Assembly (NCBI GenBank): GCA_963664875.1
Contig: OY761611.1
Location: 1,600,001-1,664,000 of the forward strand
Source of the DNA: Candidatus Kapaibacterium sp.
Lineage (GTDB): Bacteria > Bacteroidota > Ignavibacteria > Kapaibacteriales > UBA2268
Reading direction: 5' to 3'
DNA: 64,000 nucleotides
Made by a program: the position numbers and the translations under genes. Below the pieces are notes generated by a model. That model was not told where the DNA came from and did not search any database. It saw nothing but the letters and a program-made list of their open reading frames with translations. This document shows, in pieces, positions 51,091 through 60,518 of the stretch (within the stretch, counting starts at the first letter, position 1; every line of letters begins with the position of its first letter).

Positions 51091-52506
51091 ATGAGATGGA
51101 TTTTATTGTTGATTTTGACTTTACCTTTGCTACAACTTGAATCTGCCGAATACAAATGGAATGTGATTAAAGACAATTCTACAAATTTTTTATCTGTTAA
51201 TCATATAGCTTCTATTGATTCTAATAGTTATATAGTTGCCAAATCTAAAGGATATTCATTAAACAATTTCAGATATATAATAAAAACAGAAGATTATGGT
51301 ATGACGTGGGACACTCTCTTTGTTGAAGATATTCCTATGACTACTGATTTTATGGACTATGCTATCTCTGATTTAGTTGCAATAGATGACAAGCACATTT
51401 TTGCTGCTTATGGATTTAACTCCTATCTAAAATCTACAAATGGGGGAAAAGACTGGGAAGACTTTAGATTTCAAGATACCTCATTTAACTTTTTAAGAAT
51501 TACGCAAGATAATAATCTCTTATTCTTAGGGGAAAACAGGACAGGAAAATATGCAGTTAGCAATGATTTTGGGAAATCATGGGAAGTTAGGCACATCAAT
51601 TTTTCGATTGATTCGATAGATAAATATGATAACATTATGTATGATACTCCCTGGAGAAAAAAAGATACATTATATTCATTGATTTACCTTCAAACCAAAG
51701 TACCATTTATGTCAAATTTATCTTTTATTACCAACAGTTTGTTGATTCACAGCACTGATGACGGGCAATCCTGGCAACAGATGATTTATGTTGAAGAATT
51801 AGGAATCATGCCAAGTATGGCAATGTATGATAACAAAATCATTACTCAGGTCATCAATAATACTTTCCATCCTGAATTGGTAGTATCGCCCGATGATGGA
51901 TCGCTTGATACGTTTTGGGTCTCCAGTGCTCACAAAAGAATAGCTGCCTTTGATAAGACAGATGGCTCTTGTACATTCCTGACAGATTCTGTTGATTTTA
52001 AAATGGGAAATGTAGTCGATATGCAATATTATGAAAATGGTTTGCTAAGTATGGCAACTGAAATCTATACTTATGTATCTAAGGATTACGGTGTTACATG
52101 GGAGAAAGAAGAAACTAATGATAAAAAACCAATATCAAAAGTGGAAAGACCATGTATCAATAAAGGTTTAATGATAGGAGACAATTACTATGCAATCCTC
52201 GAACCTATCACTTCTGTTTTTAATAACCGAAATTTGCTTCCGGAAACGATTTCTCTTTTCCCAAATCCAATATCCAAAAGTAACAAACTGCATATCGAGT
52301 TCGAAGTAGAAAATCAGGGAGAATATTCCTTCAGTTTGACTGCTGCTGATGGTGCCAAATTTGATTTTAATCAGAAGTATTTCGCAGTTCCCGGCAACAA
52401 CACAATATCTTTGGATATTCCGAAAGAAGTTGCTGCAGGAGCATATTTCCTAAGCATCGCAAAAGACGGAGAAATCCTTGCAGTGAAGCAATTAGTAGTA
52501 CAGTAA
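51091..52506 (+). CDS. Secreted Asp-box beta-propeller-like protein with T9SS CTD, copy B
   Basis: ~95% identical to 49596..51011. Confidence 0.82.
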   Translation: MRWILLLILTLPLLQLESAEYKWNVIKDNSTNFLSVNHIASIDSNSYIVAKSKGYSLNNFRYIIKTEDYGMTWDTLFVEDIPMTTDFMDYAISDLVAIDDKHIFAAYGFNSYLKSTNGGKDWEDFRFQDTSFNFLRITQDNNLLFLGENRTGKYAVSNDFGKSWEVRHINFSIDSIDKYDNIMYDTPWRKKDTLYSLIYLQTKVPFMSNLSFITNSLLIHSTDDGQSWQQMIYVEELGIMPSMAMYDNKIITQVINNTFHPELVVSPDDGSLDTFWVSSAHKRIAAFDKTDGSCTFLTDSVDFKMGNVVDMQYYENGLLSMATEIYTYVSKDYGVTWEKEETNDKKPISKVERPCINKGLMIGDNYYAILEPITSVFNNRNLLPETISLFPNPISKSNKLHIEFEVENQGEYSFSLTAADGAKFDFNQKYFAVPGNNTISLDIPKEVAAGAYFLSIAKDGEILAVKQLVVQ

Positions 52507-52531
52507 TTTTTATAGAGTATAAATAACTTTG

Positions 52532-52570
52532 AAAAAGCTGTAGGCAGAAAACAACACTACAGCTTTTTTT
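52532..52570 (+). terminator. Intrinsic terminator
   Basis: aaaaagctgtag...ctacagcttttttt. Confidence 0.8.
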
Positions 52571-52650
52571 ATGGCTTTAAGCCTGTGAGTTGCTAATTTA
52601 ACCCAAAATGTCATTAGAAAAGCCAAATAAGTCATTATCTTGTTTCTTGG

Positions 52651-52847
52651 GAGGCTGTCTCATAAGTCAAAATTTGCAACATATTCTTGATGTTTGTAAG
52701 TTTTACCGACAGCTGAAGCAGTCGGTTGCACTTGTGTAACTCATTGCAACCGCATGCTTTAGCTTGCGGTAGAATAAAATATAATGTTTGTTTTTCCTCT
52801 ACTTTTACTAAAGAGTATGACAAAACTCAGACTTATGAGACAGTCCC
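52651..52847. mobile_element. MITE-like non-coding element with terminal inverted repeats and an internal REP-like pair
   Basis: ctgtctcataagtc (52655-52668) / gacttatgagacag (52830-52843) perfect 14-bp TIR; internal palindromes at 52705-52726 and 52749-52770. Confidence 0.7.
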
Positions 52848-53057
52848 TTCAAAGATACCATTGGTAAGTTTTTCTTAGATTTACGAATTGAATTCTTCTT
52901 TCCAAATTAAGTATCTTGCTAGTGTTTTGATTTCAAATGACAAATAAGGAATAATTGAACCGGTAAGCCCGGAGCAAAGAAGAAATATATTCTTAGAGCA
53001 TATCAACGTCTTTGTATATTTGTCTAATCACAATTTTCGGATTAGATTCGCTGAGTA

Positions 53058-54362
53058 TTATTCCTCTTCTTTATCTTTGATTTTGATAACTACAGTTTGG
53101 ATTTGACGTGTAGTTCGATCAACTATTCTTGCGAAAAACTCGTCGAATTCGATTATTTCACCTACTTCCGGTATTCTGCCTGTTTCTGATGTAATAAGCC
53201 CGCCAACTGTCTCATAATCTTCGCTTTCAGGCAAATCTATTGGCAGAAAGTCGTTTGCATCGTCGATTATCATCTGAGCCGAAATAGAATATTCTTTCTC
53301 AGAAAGCTTTTTGAGCAAAGGCAGCTCTTCGTCGTATTCGTCTTGGATTTCGCCGACTATTTCTTCTAATATATCTTCTAAAGTTACAAGACCTGCAGTA
53401 CCTCCAAATTCATTGAGAACAACTGCAATGTGCATCTTCCTTTTCTGAAGTGAACGCAAAAGGTCGTCTATCATGCTGTCTTCTGAGACAAAGTAAGGTT
53501 TCCTAAGGATATCTTTTAGTCTGAAATCTTCCGAATTTTTGAGCAAGCGAAGTATATCTTTTGCAAACACCATACCGATAATATTGTCTATATTGCCTTC
53601 ATATACGGGCATACGTGAGTACCCCTCTTCTATTATGGTATCGATAGTTTCGTTTTTGCTCATATTTACTTCTACAGCTATAATTTTATTGCGGGGTATC
53701 ATTATCTGCTTTACCTGAGTTTCCGCAAAATCAAAAACATTTTCTATCATTTTCTGCTCGGTGTCGTCTATCATGCCGCTTCTGCTACTTTCGGCAATTA
53801 TATATTTCAGCTCTTCGGGTGAGTGCATTTCCGAACCTTCCGATGGGGGTTTCACTCCAATAATACGCAGCATCATATTGGCAAAATTGTTTAGTACCCA
53901 TATCGCCGGTTTGAAAATAATATAAAACAGTCTCAATGGAAATGATACGCTAAGTGCCACCTGCTCTGAATATTGGATAGCAAGTGATTTTGGTGCAAGC
54001 TCTCCAAATACAATATGTAAAAATGTAATAAGTGCAAACGACAGTGGGAGTGCTATCTGATGTGCCGATTCCGGATTTAGATTTATGCCTACCAATTCGA
54101 GAGTGTTGATTACAATTTGGGCAACAACGCTTTCGCCTATCCAACCAAGCCCAAGCGAAGCAAGAGTGATCCCCAGCTGAGTAGCCGATAGGTAGCCATC
54201 GAGATGAGTTACCATGCTTTGTGCAATTTTTGCCATTTTGTTGCCTTCGCGGACTCTAAGTTCGATTTGCGAAGCTCGTACTTTGACAATGGCAAATTCT
54301 GCTGCCACAAAAAATCCGTTTAAAACTACGAAAAACAGGGTCAGGGCTATGTCAGATATCAT
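53058..54362 (-). CDS. Hemolysin family / CNNM-CBS-CorC domain protein
   Basis: 'NGFFVAAEFA', 'QLGITLASLGLGW', 'GELAPKS', 'YSRMPVY', 'EFGGTAGLVTLEDILEEIVGEIQDEYD'. Confidence 0.93.
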   Translation of the reverse strand: MISDIALTLFFVVLNGFFVAAEFAIVKVRASQIELRVREGNKMAKIAQSMVTHLDGYLSATQLGITLASLGLGWIGESVVAQIVINTLELVGINLNPESAHQIALPLSFALITFLHIVFGELAPKSLAIQYSEQVALSVSFPLRLFYIIFKPAIWVLNNFANMMLRIIGVKPPSEGSEMHSPEELKYIIAESSRSGMIDDTEQKMIENVFDFAETQVKQIMIPRNKIIAVEVNMSKNETIDTIIEEGYSRMPVYEGNIDNIIGMVFAKDILRLLKNSEDFRLKDILRKPYFVSEDSMIDDLLRSLQKRKMHIAVVLNEFGGTAGLVTLEDILEEIVGEIQDEYDEELPLLKKLSEKEYSISAQMIIDDANDFLPIDLPESEDYETVGGLITSETGRIPEVGEIIEFDEFFARIVDRTTRQIQTVVIKIKDKEEE

Positions 54363-54376
54363 ATTTATTTTTTCTT

Positions 54377-55123
54377 CTACTTCAAAAACAACTGTTTAGA
54401 TTTGAAAAAGACCTTCTTGTCCAAATGATAAGCAAAATATCTTGTAAAAAAGTCCACCAGCTCGCCGGCTTCTTTATCTGTCAGTTCGATTTCAGATATT
54501 TTGGAATGCTCTAATATAAAAATGTAATATAATTTTATATACGTTTCTTTTTCGATTGTAATATAATTGGAAGCAAAATTAGGCTCCTCGAGCAACCTCC
54601 CGCTATCAAGCGAAAATTTGCATAGGCTTTTGCCAAGGCGAAAGAGCTCTAAGTCTTCCAGAATATGCGGATCGAACTCGAAACCTAATTCAATAGCCAA
54701 ATGTATGCCAAAGCTGACAAAATAGGTGTACGGGGATTTGGGCAGGGAGTTCAAATCCTCCAAAATTAAGCGAAAGAAATCGAACAATTCGACATGGGGC
54801 GCGTTTAGTTCCTGAGTGATAAGCACAGATTCAGCTATCAGCAACGCCGCTCCTGTGTGGTCAAATGAGGTACTTATCTTTCTATATGGAACAATAATAT
54901 CAGCCTCAGCCAAGACGTGCAAATCCCTATTGGGTTTATGGTAAAATTTTATTTCTATATAGCTTAGTGGCTCGAGAGAAGCCGAAAATTTGGACTTCGC
55001 CTTGCGTACTCCTTTAGCGATAACAGTAATTTTGCCGTAATCCTTTGTGTACAAATTAACTATCTTGCTTGTGTCACCAAATTTTCTTGTATGCAATACT
55101 ATAGCTTCGGTTTTTTCAATCAT
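54377..55123 (-). CDS. recO: DNA repair protein RecO
   Basis: 'TEAIVL....GDTSKIV..YT...GKI..IAKGVRK.KSKF...LEP'. Confidence 0.9.
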   Translation of the reverse strand: MIEKTEAIVLHTRKFGDTSKIVNLYTKDYGKITVIAKGVRKAKSKFSASLEPLSYIEIKFYHKPNRDLHVLAEADIIVPYRKISTSFDHTGAALLIAESVLITQELNAPHVELFDFFRLILEDLNSLPKSPYTYFVSFGIHLAIELGFEFDPHILEDLELFRLGKSLCKFSLDSGRLLEEPNFASNYITIEKETYIKLYYIFILEHSKISEIELTDKEAGELVDFFTRYFAYHLDKKVFFKSKQLFLK

Positions 55124-55162
55124 GTGGCATTCTCATAATTTTAACGCAATATAAAATATTTC

Positions 55163-55193
55163 TTGCATAATTTTACAAAATAGTCTATTTTTG
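55163..55193 (+). promoter_or_regulatory. Bacteroidota-type promoter of first tRNA-Asn
   Basis: TTGCA-N18-TATTTTTG (TAnnTTTG -7 box); identical spacing upstream of the second copy. Confidence 0.6.
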
Positions 55194-55205
55194 TGTCGCT
55201 TTGAT

Positions 55206-55279
55206 TCCTGAGTAGCTCAGCTGGTTAGAGCATCTGACTGTTAATCAGAGGGTCCGCGGTTCAAGTCCGTGCTCAGGAG
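55206..55279 (+). tRNA. tRNA-Asn (GTT), copy 1
   Basis: Acceptor TCCTGAG/CTCAGGA, D-arm GCTC/GAGC, anticodon arm TCTGA-CTGTTAA-TCAGA, T-loop TTCAAGT; CCA not encoded. Confidence 0.97.
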
Positions 55280-55324
55280 CTTTAGTTCTAAAAAAAAAAA
55301 GATTTTCAAGTGCAAAAATATTAC

Positions 55325-55355
55325 TTGCACAATTAGAGAAAAACATTTATTTTTG
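55325..55355 (+). promoter_or_regulatory. Bacteroidota-type promoter of second tRNA-Asn
   Basis: TTGCA-N18-TATTTTTG. Confidence 0.6.
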
Positions 55356-55368
55356 TTTCTCTTTTGAT

Positions 55369-55442
55369 TCCTGAGTAGCTCAGCTGGTTAGAGCATCTGA
55401 CTGTTAATCAGAGGGTCCGCGGTTCAAGTCCGTGCTCAGGAG
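55369..55442 (+). tRNA. tRNA-Asn (GTT), copy 2
   Basis: Identical to copy 1. Confidence 0.97.
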
Positions 55443-55484
55443 CATTGAAAATCTATTTGATACTTATCCATGTGGTAAGTATAT

Positions 55485-55558
55485 TCCTGAGTAGCTCAGC
55501 TGGTTAGAGCATCTGACTGTTAATCAGAGGGTCCGCGGTTCAAGTCCGTGCTCAGGAG
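55485..55558 (+). tRNA. tRNA-Asn (GTT), copy 3
   Basis: Identical to copy 1. Confidence 0.97.
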
Positions 55559-55559
55559 C

Positions 55560-55591
55560 AAAAAGCTAATCCAAACGGGTTAGCTTTTTTT
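55560..55591 (+). terminator. tRNA cluster terminator
   Basis: aaaagctaatcc-aaac-gggttagctttttt. Confidence 0.85.
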
Positions 55592-55768
55592 GTTTTTAGA
55601 AACTCTTCTCAGTATGTCTGTGATTTCTGCCACTTATTCCCACTCATTCTCTATACCAATTTTTTCAAATCACCAATTTCTTGGCTCTGCTCATTTGTTT
55701 TCCGGCAAATGAAAAAGCAGAATTTATAAACGATATTTACTATTGTTAGCAAATCCAGTTAGCTGAAC

Positions 55769-55825
55769 AAAAAAATGGCTCTAATTGCATCTAATACCAG
55801 AAGTAAAAACAATTTGGAGCCATTT
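55769..55825 (-). terminator. Terminator of the T9SS paralogue array
   Basis: aaaatggctctaattg ... caatttggagccatttt inverted repeat with an A-run on its left. Confidence 0.6.
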
Positions 55826-55885
55826 ATATGCTTTTTGCAAACATAGGATAATTATATTTTATCAGATAATCGAAACAGGTACAAT

Positions 55886-57304
55886 CTATTGTATTACCAC
55901 CTTCTGAGCAGCTACAAACTGACCTTCTTTATAGATAGAAAGTATATATATTCCGGAAGCCAGCTCTGTGCTTAGATTGAGTGAAACTCTATTTAGTCCT
56001 GCGGTAAGTGTTTCCGTTTGCTTAATATTGCACTCCGATCCATCGAGTGCTGTGAGCTGCAGTGTATATTTGCCTGCCTCGTTTGCCTTGATATCTATTG
56101 TTATTTCATCATCTTTGCCTGCCGGATTCGGATAAACTGCTATTTCTGATGTCAATGGATTATGCTCGCTTACTGAGGTTGCGGGTTCGAGGGTGGCGAT
56201 AATACCTATCCCTACGGCTATTCCCTTCGAATGACTAACTCTTTCTACTTTGTCAAAAGAAGCTGTTTTTGAATCATTCTTCACTCTTAACTCTTCCTCC
56301 CAAGTATCTCCGTTATCAGTAGAAATATAGGCTCCCGAACGCATGTTCAAGCAGATAATATTGCCAAATTTTCTTAGGCTATTGAGACGATTCATTTTCA
56401 TTGAATTTGAATCTGCAAGGACAACCATTTCTCCTGATTCCCTGTTTATTTTTACAATCTTATAGTGAGGGGTTGCAGTGTAAACTGTATCTATTTCGCC
56501 TTTGGAGTTTTTTACAAGTACTTCTTCAAATGTGTATTCAGCAGTTTGAGTAAATATTGACTCCTGATCTACCACAAAATATTCTGAAAGCTCAACTTTT
56601 CTATTTGTATAAAACTGTTTCCAGGTCTCTCCATTGTCCGAACTCTCAAGGTAAACATTATGAATATAATTATTAAAATTGGACACGAAATTAGCTTTAT
56701 CAAAGAAAAAAATAGATTTATAGATTTTATCCTGAAAGAAAACCGGTTTACCTACCTTTATTTTTTCGTATATTTCTAACGAATCAATAGAATATAGAGG
56801 CTCTAATATTTCCCATGTATTTCCCAGGTCAGTGCTTTTTGCATACTTATCCATAGCACCAGCTATAAAGACAATGCTATCTCTCGCAGAGATTTTGTTA
56901 TAAGTAAATGATTCGTCAGAAAGTTTTGATTCTTTCCAGGTAATTCCCTTATCTTCGGATTTGAGCAGAGACATATAACCACAAAGGGCTATAATATTGC
57001 TTTTATCTAAATATTTAATATCTGTAAAGAAATAGTTAGCAGCTTCAGGGTATCCCTTGTCTGTAATATCTTCAAAAAAAAGTGTATCCCACGTTTTGCC
57101 ATAGTCTGTAGTTTGTTCAATCATCCTATAATAAATAAAATCGAATCCTGAACTTGCACAAATATAAGTGGAGCTATCCAGAGCAGAAATAAAATGCCCA
57201 GCCATTGGATTATAGTCCCATTTTTCAGAAACATTCCATTGGTAGTCTGAAGCGGAAAGTATGTAGGACATACAAAACAAAAGAATAAAAGAGAAGTAAC
57301 GCAT
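55886..57304 (-). CDS. Secreted Asp-box beta-propeller-like protein with T9SS CTD (array member 1)
   Basis: Signal peptide MRYFSFILLFC..., Asp-boxes TTDYGKTW/STDLGNTW/SSDNGETW/STDNGDTW, CTD 'VYPNPA...SGIYILSI'. Confidence 0.82.
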   Translation of the reverse strand: MRYFSFILLFCMSYILSASDYQWNVSEKWDYNPMAGHFISALDSSTYICASSGFDFIYYRMIEQTTDYGKTWDTLFFEDITDKGYPEAANYFFTDIKYLDKSNIIALCGYMSLLKSEDKGITWKESKLSDESFTYNKISARDSIVFIAGAMDKYAKSTDLGNTWEILEPLYSIDSLEIYEKIKVGKPVFFQDKIYKSIFFFDKANFVSNFNNYIHNVYLESSDNGETWKQFYTNRKVELSEYFVVDQESIFTQTAEYTFEEVLVKNSKGEIDTVYTATPHYKIVKINRESGEMVVLADSNSMKMNRLNSLRKFGNIICLNMRSGAYISTDNGDTWEEELRVKNDSKTASFDKVERVSHSKGIAVGIGIIATLEPATSVSEHNPLTSEIAVYPNPAGKDDEITIDIKANEAGKYTLQLTALDGSECNIKQTETLTAGLNRVSLNLSTELASGIYILSIYKEGQFVAAQKVVIQ

Positions 57305-57682
57305 AGTAATCCTATATAGTTGAGTAAATGAAATCATTGTGCATTTTAAAACGATGCCAAATATTTATTCGGAAATAACCACCTTCTGAGCAGCTACAAA
57401 CAGCCCTTCTTTATAGATAGTAAGTATATATATTCCGGAAGCCAGCTCTGTGCTTAGATTGAGTGAAACTCTATTTAGTCCGGCGGAAAGTGTTTCCGTT
57501 TGCTTAATATTGCACTCCGAACCATCGAGTGCTGTGAGCTGCAGTGTATATTTGCCTGCCTCGTGTGCCTCAAAGTCTATTGTTATTTCATCATCTTTGC
57601 CTGCCGGATTCGGATAAACTGCTATTTCTGATGTCAATGGATTATGCTCGCTTACTGAGGTTGCGGGTTCGAGGGTGGCGAT
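57233..57682 (-). repeat. ~450-bp direct repeat (second copy 60385-60835) spanning CTD + intergenic region + next signal peptide
   Basis: 'tgagtaaatgaaatcattgtgcatttt(t)aaaacgatgccaaatatttat' and 'gtatgtaggacatacaaaacaaaagaataaa' occur in both copies. Confidence 0.92.
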
Positions 57683-58783
57683 ATATCCGGGACCTACCAT
57701 CATGCCCTGAGAAACAGAGACTCTATCTATGCCGCTGAAAAAATGAGTTTTTCCTGAAGAACTATAGAATGCTTCTTCTTCCCACGATATTCCAAAATCC
57801 GTTGAAATATATGAACTTGTTATAGTGCTCAAGCATAAAGTGTTAGCAAATTTGTCCATAGACCTTATTGCAGGCCAATAATAAGATGTTGAATCCGAGA
57901 GGATTGTTTTTTCTCCGGAGAACTTGTCAATTTTTATAATTTCATAATATCCGGTCGCAAAATGTGCGGTATCAATATTCCCATCCGGATCTTTCACAAT
58001 TGTAGTATCAAAAATATTATATCCTGCTTGCCCCCAGATAAATTGTTCATCAACAGAAAAAACAGGACTCAATTCATACTCATTAACAAAGAACAAACTT
58101 TCCCAGCTTTCCCCTAAATCTGTACTGAAAAGAAACAAACAATCAGTAAAATAGTTTAAGTTTGAAATAAACGGTACTTTTGTCTGCAAATACTTAATGG
58201 TATAAAGCGTATCTTGATACATAACCGGAGTCAATGTAAACGTATTATCATAAGTATAATTAGAATCTGTAACAATATCAACACTCTTTAGCTCCCAAGT
58301 TCTTCCCATGTCTTTACTAATGACAAATTGATTATTTACTCCGCCTAACATAATTATGCTGTCTTTAGAATAAATATTGCTAAAATGAACAGTAGAGTCA
58401 AAATAAGATGTATCAATCCAAGATTGCCCCCCATTAGTGGTCTGAAGAATTTGTTGATTCCCACATAAGGCAATAATATTATCTTTATCCAAGAATGTGA
58501 CATCATAAATAAAATGTCGCTTGTAATCAAAACTTTCTTCTATTGTTGAGGCATATAAGGTATCCCATGTTTTTCCTTTATTGAAGGTCCAAAGCAATGC
58601 CCTATATTTGTTATTGTTTGAGGTAGAGAAAGATCTTACGTACGAGTTGGAATCAAGTGCAGAAATACGATCAATTGATAAATCGTTAGAATTACTTACT
58701 CTTTCGATATTCCATTGATATTTACTCTCTGCATATAACATACTATTCAGCAACAAAGATATAATTACGATTATATAAAACAT
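57365..58783 (-). CDS. Secreted Asp-box beta-propeller-like protein with T9SS CTD (array member 2)
   Basis: Signal peptide, Asp-boxes SKDMGRTW/STDLGESW/STDFGISW, constant CTD. Confidence 0.82.
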   Translation of the reverse strand: MFYIIVIISLLLNSMLYAESKYQWNIERVSNSNDLSIDRISALDSNSYVRSFSTSNNNKYRALLWTFNKGKTWDTLYASTIEESFDYKRHFIYDVTFLDKDNIIALCGNQQILQTTNGGQSWIDTSYFDSTVHFSNIYSKDSIIMLGGVNNQFVISKDMGRTWELKSVDIVTDSNYTYDNTFTLTPVMYQDTLYTIKYLQTKVPFISNLNYFTDCLFLFSTDLGESWESLFFVNEYELSPVFSVDEQFIWGQAGYNIFDTTIVKDPDGNIDTAHFATGYYEIIKIDKFSGEKTILSDSTSYYWPAIRSMDKFANTLCLSTITSSYISTDFGISWEEEAFYSSSGKTHFFSGIDRVSVSQGMMVGPGYIATLEPATSVSEHNPLTSEIAVYPNPAGKDDEITIDFEAHEAGKYTLQLTALDGSECNIKQTETLSAGLNRVSLNLSTELASGIYILTIYKEGLFVAAQKVVISE

Positions 58784-59028
58784 AACAATTCCTTTTTTAA
58801 TAAACGAAGCTTGTGTTGCGATGCATTCTATTTTGTCTCGGTTGATAGCCCAACCGTAACCTGATTGAAACGCATCTATAACTTGTTTTTAAGACTAAGC
58901 ACTCAGCAAAACACACCTATGCTCAAAGTGTCTTGAACAAACCGTACGTCAGTAACAACAACAGAAAAGATGTAAATACCAATGCTTTATAGTGTATTTA
59001 CGTTGTACTCCATGCAATACTAAACAAT

Positions 59029-60456
59029 CTATTGTATTACCACCTTCTGAGCAGCTACAAACAGCCCTTCTTTATAGATAGAAAGTATATATATGCCTGA
59101 AGCCAGCTCTGCGCTTAGATTAAGTGAAACTCTATTTAGTCCGGTGGAAAGTGTTTCCGTTTGCTTAATATTGCACTCCGATCCATCGAGTGCTGTGAGC
59201 TGCAGTGTATATTTGCCTGACTCGTGTGCCTCAAAGTCTATTGTTATTTCATCATCTTTGCCTGCCGGATTCGGATAAACTGCTATTTCTGATGTCAAGG
59301 GATTATGCTCGCTTACTGAGGTTGCGGGTTCGAGGGTAGCGAAACAGCTCAAACCAACTGCCATACCTTTTGTACTCGTCGTTCTTGCAAGATCAAAAAA
59401 GAGCGAAACTTCTCCTTCTTTTGTGATTCTTTTCTCTTCGAACCAAGATTTTCCGAAATCTGAAGATTTGTATGATTTTGTATTTGCGGAAGCCATTATG
59501 TCGGAATTTATAATATCCAAATTGCTTATAGAAGGCATGTTTAAAACAGCAGTGTCAACAATTGTCCGATTAGTACCGTCACTCAAATCGACTGCCATAA
59601 TTTTTCTGTGCGGAGTAGCAACAAACAGCGTATCTACACCATCGCCATTAGGCTTGTTGACTAAAACATCTTTAAATGTATAATCAGTAGCCTGCAAAAA
59701 CAATTCTCCATTATGAATTACAAAATCTGTGCTAACTTCAAACTCATCTAACAGCAAAAGATTCTCCCACGTTTCTCCACTATCAGTACTTTTCAAATAC
59801 AAACAATGCTTGTGGTATGACAATGTGGACATAAACTCAATTTCATCTAACAAAAAAACAGGGAGGTATAGGTTTCCGTCAAACTCTTTAGGAGGAAAAA
59901 TAGAAATGTTCTCATATTTATCAACTGAATCAATCTCAATTTGAATTTGCTGCAAATTCCAACTATTCCCTTTATCTCTGCTAATTCCTATATACTCTGA
60001 TGATGCCCCACCTACAAAAACATTATCTCCGTAGCTCATTATTTTTGTATAGTTGAATGATGGGTCAAAGTAATTTGTATCAATCCACGATTTGCCGCCA
60101 TCAGAAGTTCTTACTAAGCCATTGTACCCATAGACTGCAATTATGTTGTCTAAATCCAAAAAAGCTATGTCAGTAAACATAAAAAATAAGTAATCAGAAT
60201 ATTCATTTCCCATTTCCTTAAAATAGATTGTATCCCAAGATTGACCATAATCGTTGGTTAATTCAATAAATCTAAAAGCCGGTGGGTTAGTGTATGTTCT
60301 AGTTATAGCATAATTTAAAGAATCATAAGCTGAGATTTGTCCCATTGAGACTGGATTAGAATCGTCTTGAAGTTTAAATTTAAAATTCCATTGGTAGTCG
60401 GAAGCGGTAAGTATGTAGGACATACAAAACAAAAGAATAAAGGAGAAGTAACGCAT
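59029..60456 (-). CDS. Secreted Asp-box beta-propeller-like protein with T9SS CTD (array member 3)
   Basis: Signal peptide nearly identical to member 1, Asp-boxes TNDYGQSW/TSDGGKSW/STDSGETW/SSDFGKSW, constant CTD. Confidence 0.82.
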   Translation of the reverse strand: MRYFSFILLFCMSYILTASDYQWNFKFKLQDDSNPVSMGQISAYDSLNYAITRTYTNPPAFRFIELTNDYGQSWDTIYFKEMGNEYSDYLFFMFTDIAFLDLDNIIAVYGYNGLVRTSDGGKSWIDTNYFDPSFNYTKIMSYGDNVFVGGASSEYIGISRDKGNSWNLQQIQIEIDSVDKYENISIFPPKEFDGNLYLPVFLLDEIEFMSTLSYHKHCLYLKSTDSGETWENLLLLDEFEVSTDFVIHNGELFLQATDYTFKDVLVNKPNGDGVDTLFVATPHRKIMAVDLSDGTNRTIVDTAVLNMPSISNLDIINSDIMASANTKSYKSSDFGKSWFEEKRITKEGEVSLFFDLARTTSTKGMAVGLSCFATLEPATSVSEHNPLTSEIAVYPNPAGKDDEITIDFEAHESGKYTLQLTALDGSECNIKQTETLSTGLNRVSLNLSAELASGIYILSIYKEGLFVAAQKVVIQ

Positions 60457-60518
60457 AGATGAACCTGTATAATTGAGTAAATGAAATCATTGTGCATTTT
60501 TAAAACGATGCCAAATAT

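Larger units (their letters stand above)
49574..52503 (+). repeat. Tandem gene duplication, period 1495 bp
   Basis: Both copies start with tttttttgaggagaaaacttt-ATG; I count 23 differences in 471 aa (~95% identity). Confidence 0.95.

Noticed and set aside
50304-52026. Two near-identical 75-aa antisense ORFs
   Set aside because: Shadows of the duplicated + strand genes.
52635-52823. 62-aa minus-strand ORF
   Set aside because: Lies within the palindromic MITE/REP element and has no protein features.
55206-55558. Three identical 74-bp repeats with unique spacers, superficially CRISPR-like
   Set aside because: Each repeat folds as a complete tRNA-Asn cloverleaf; spacers are unequal and there are no cas genes.
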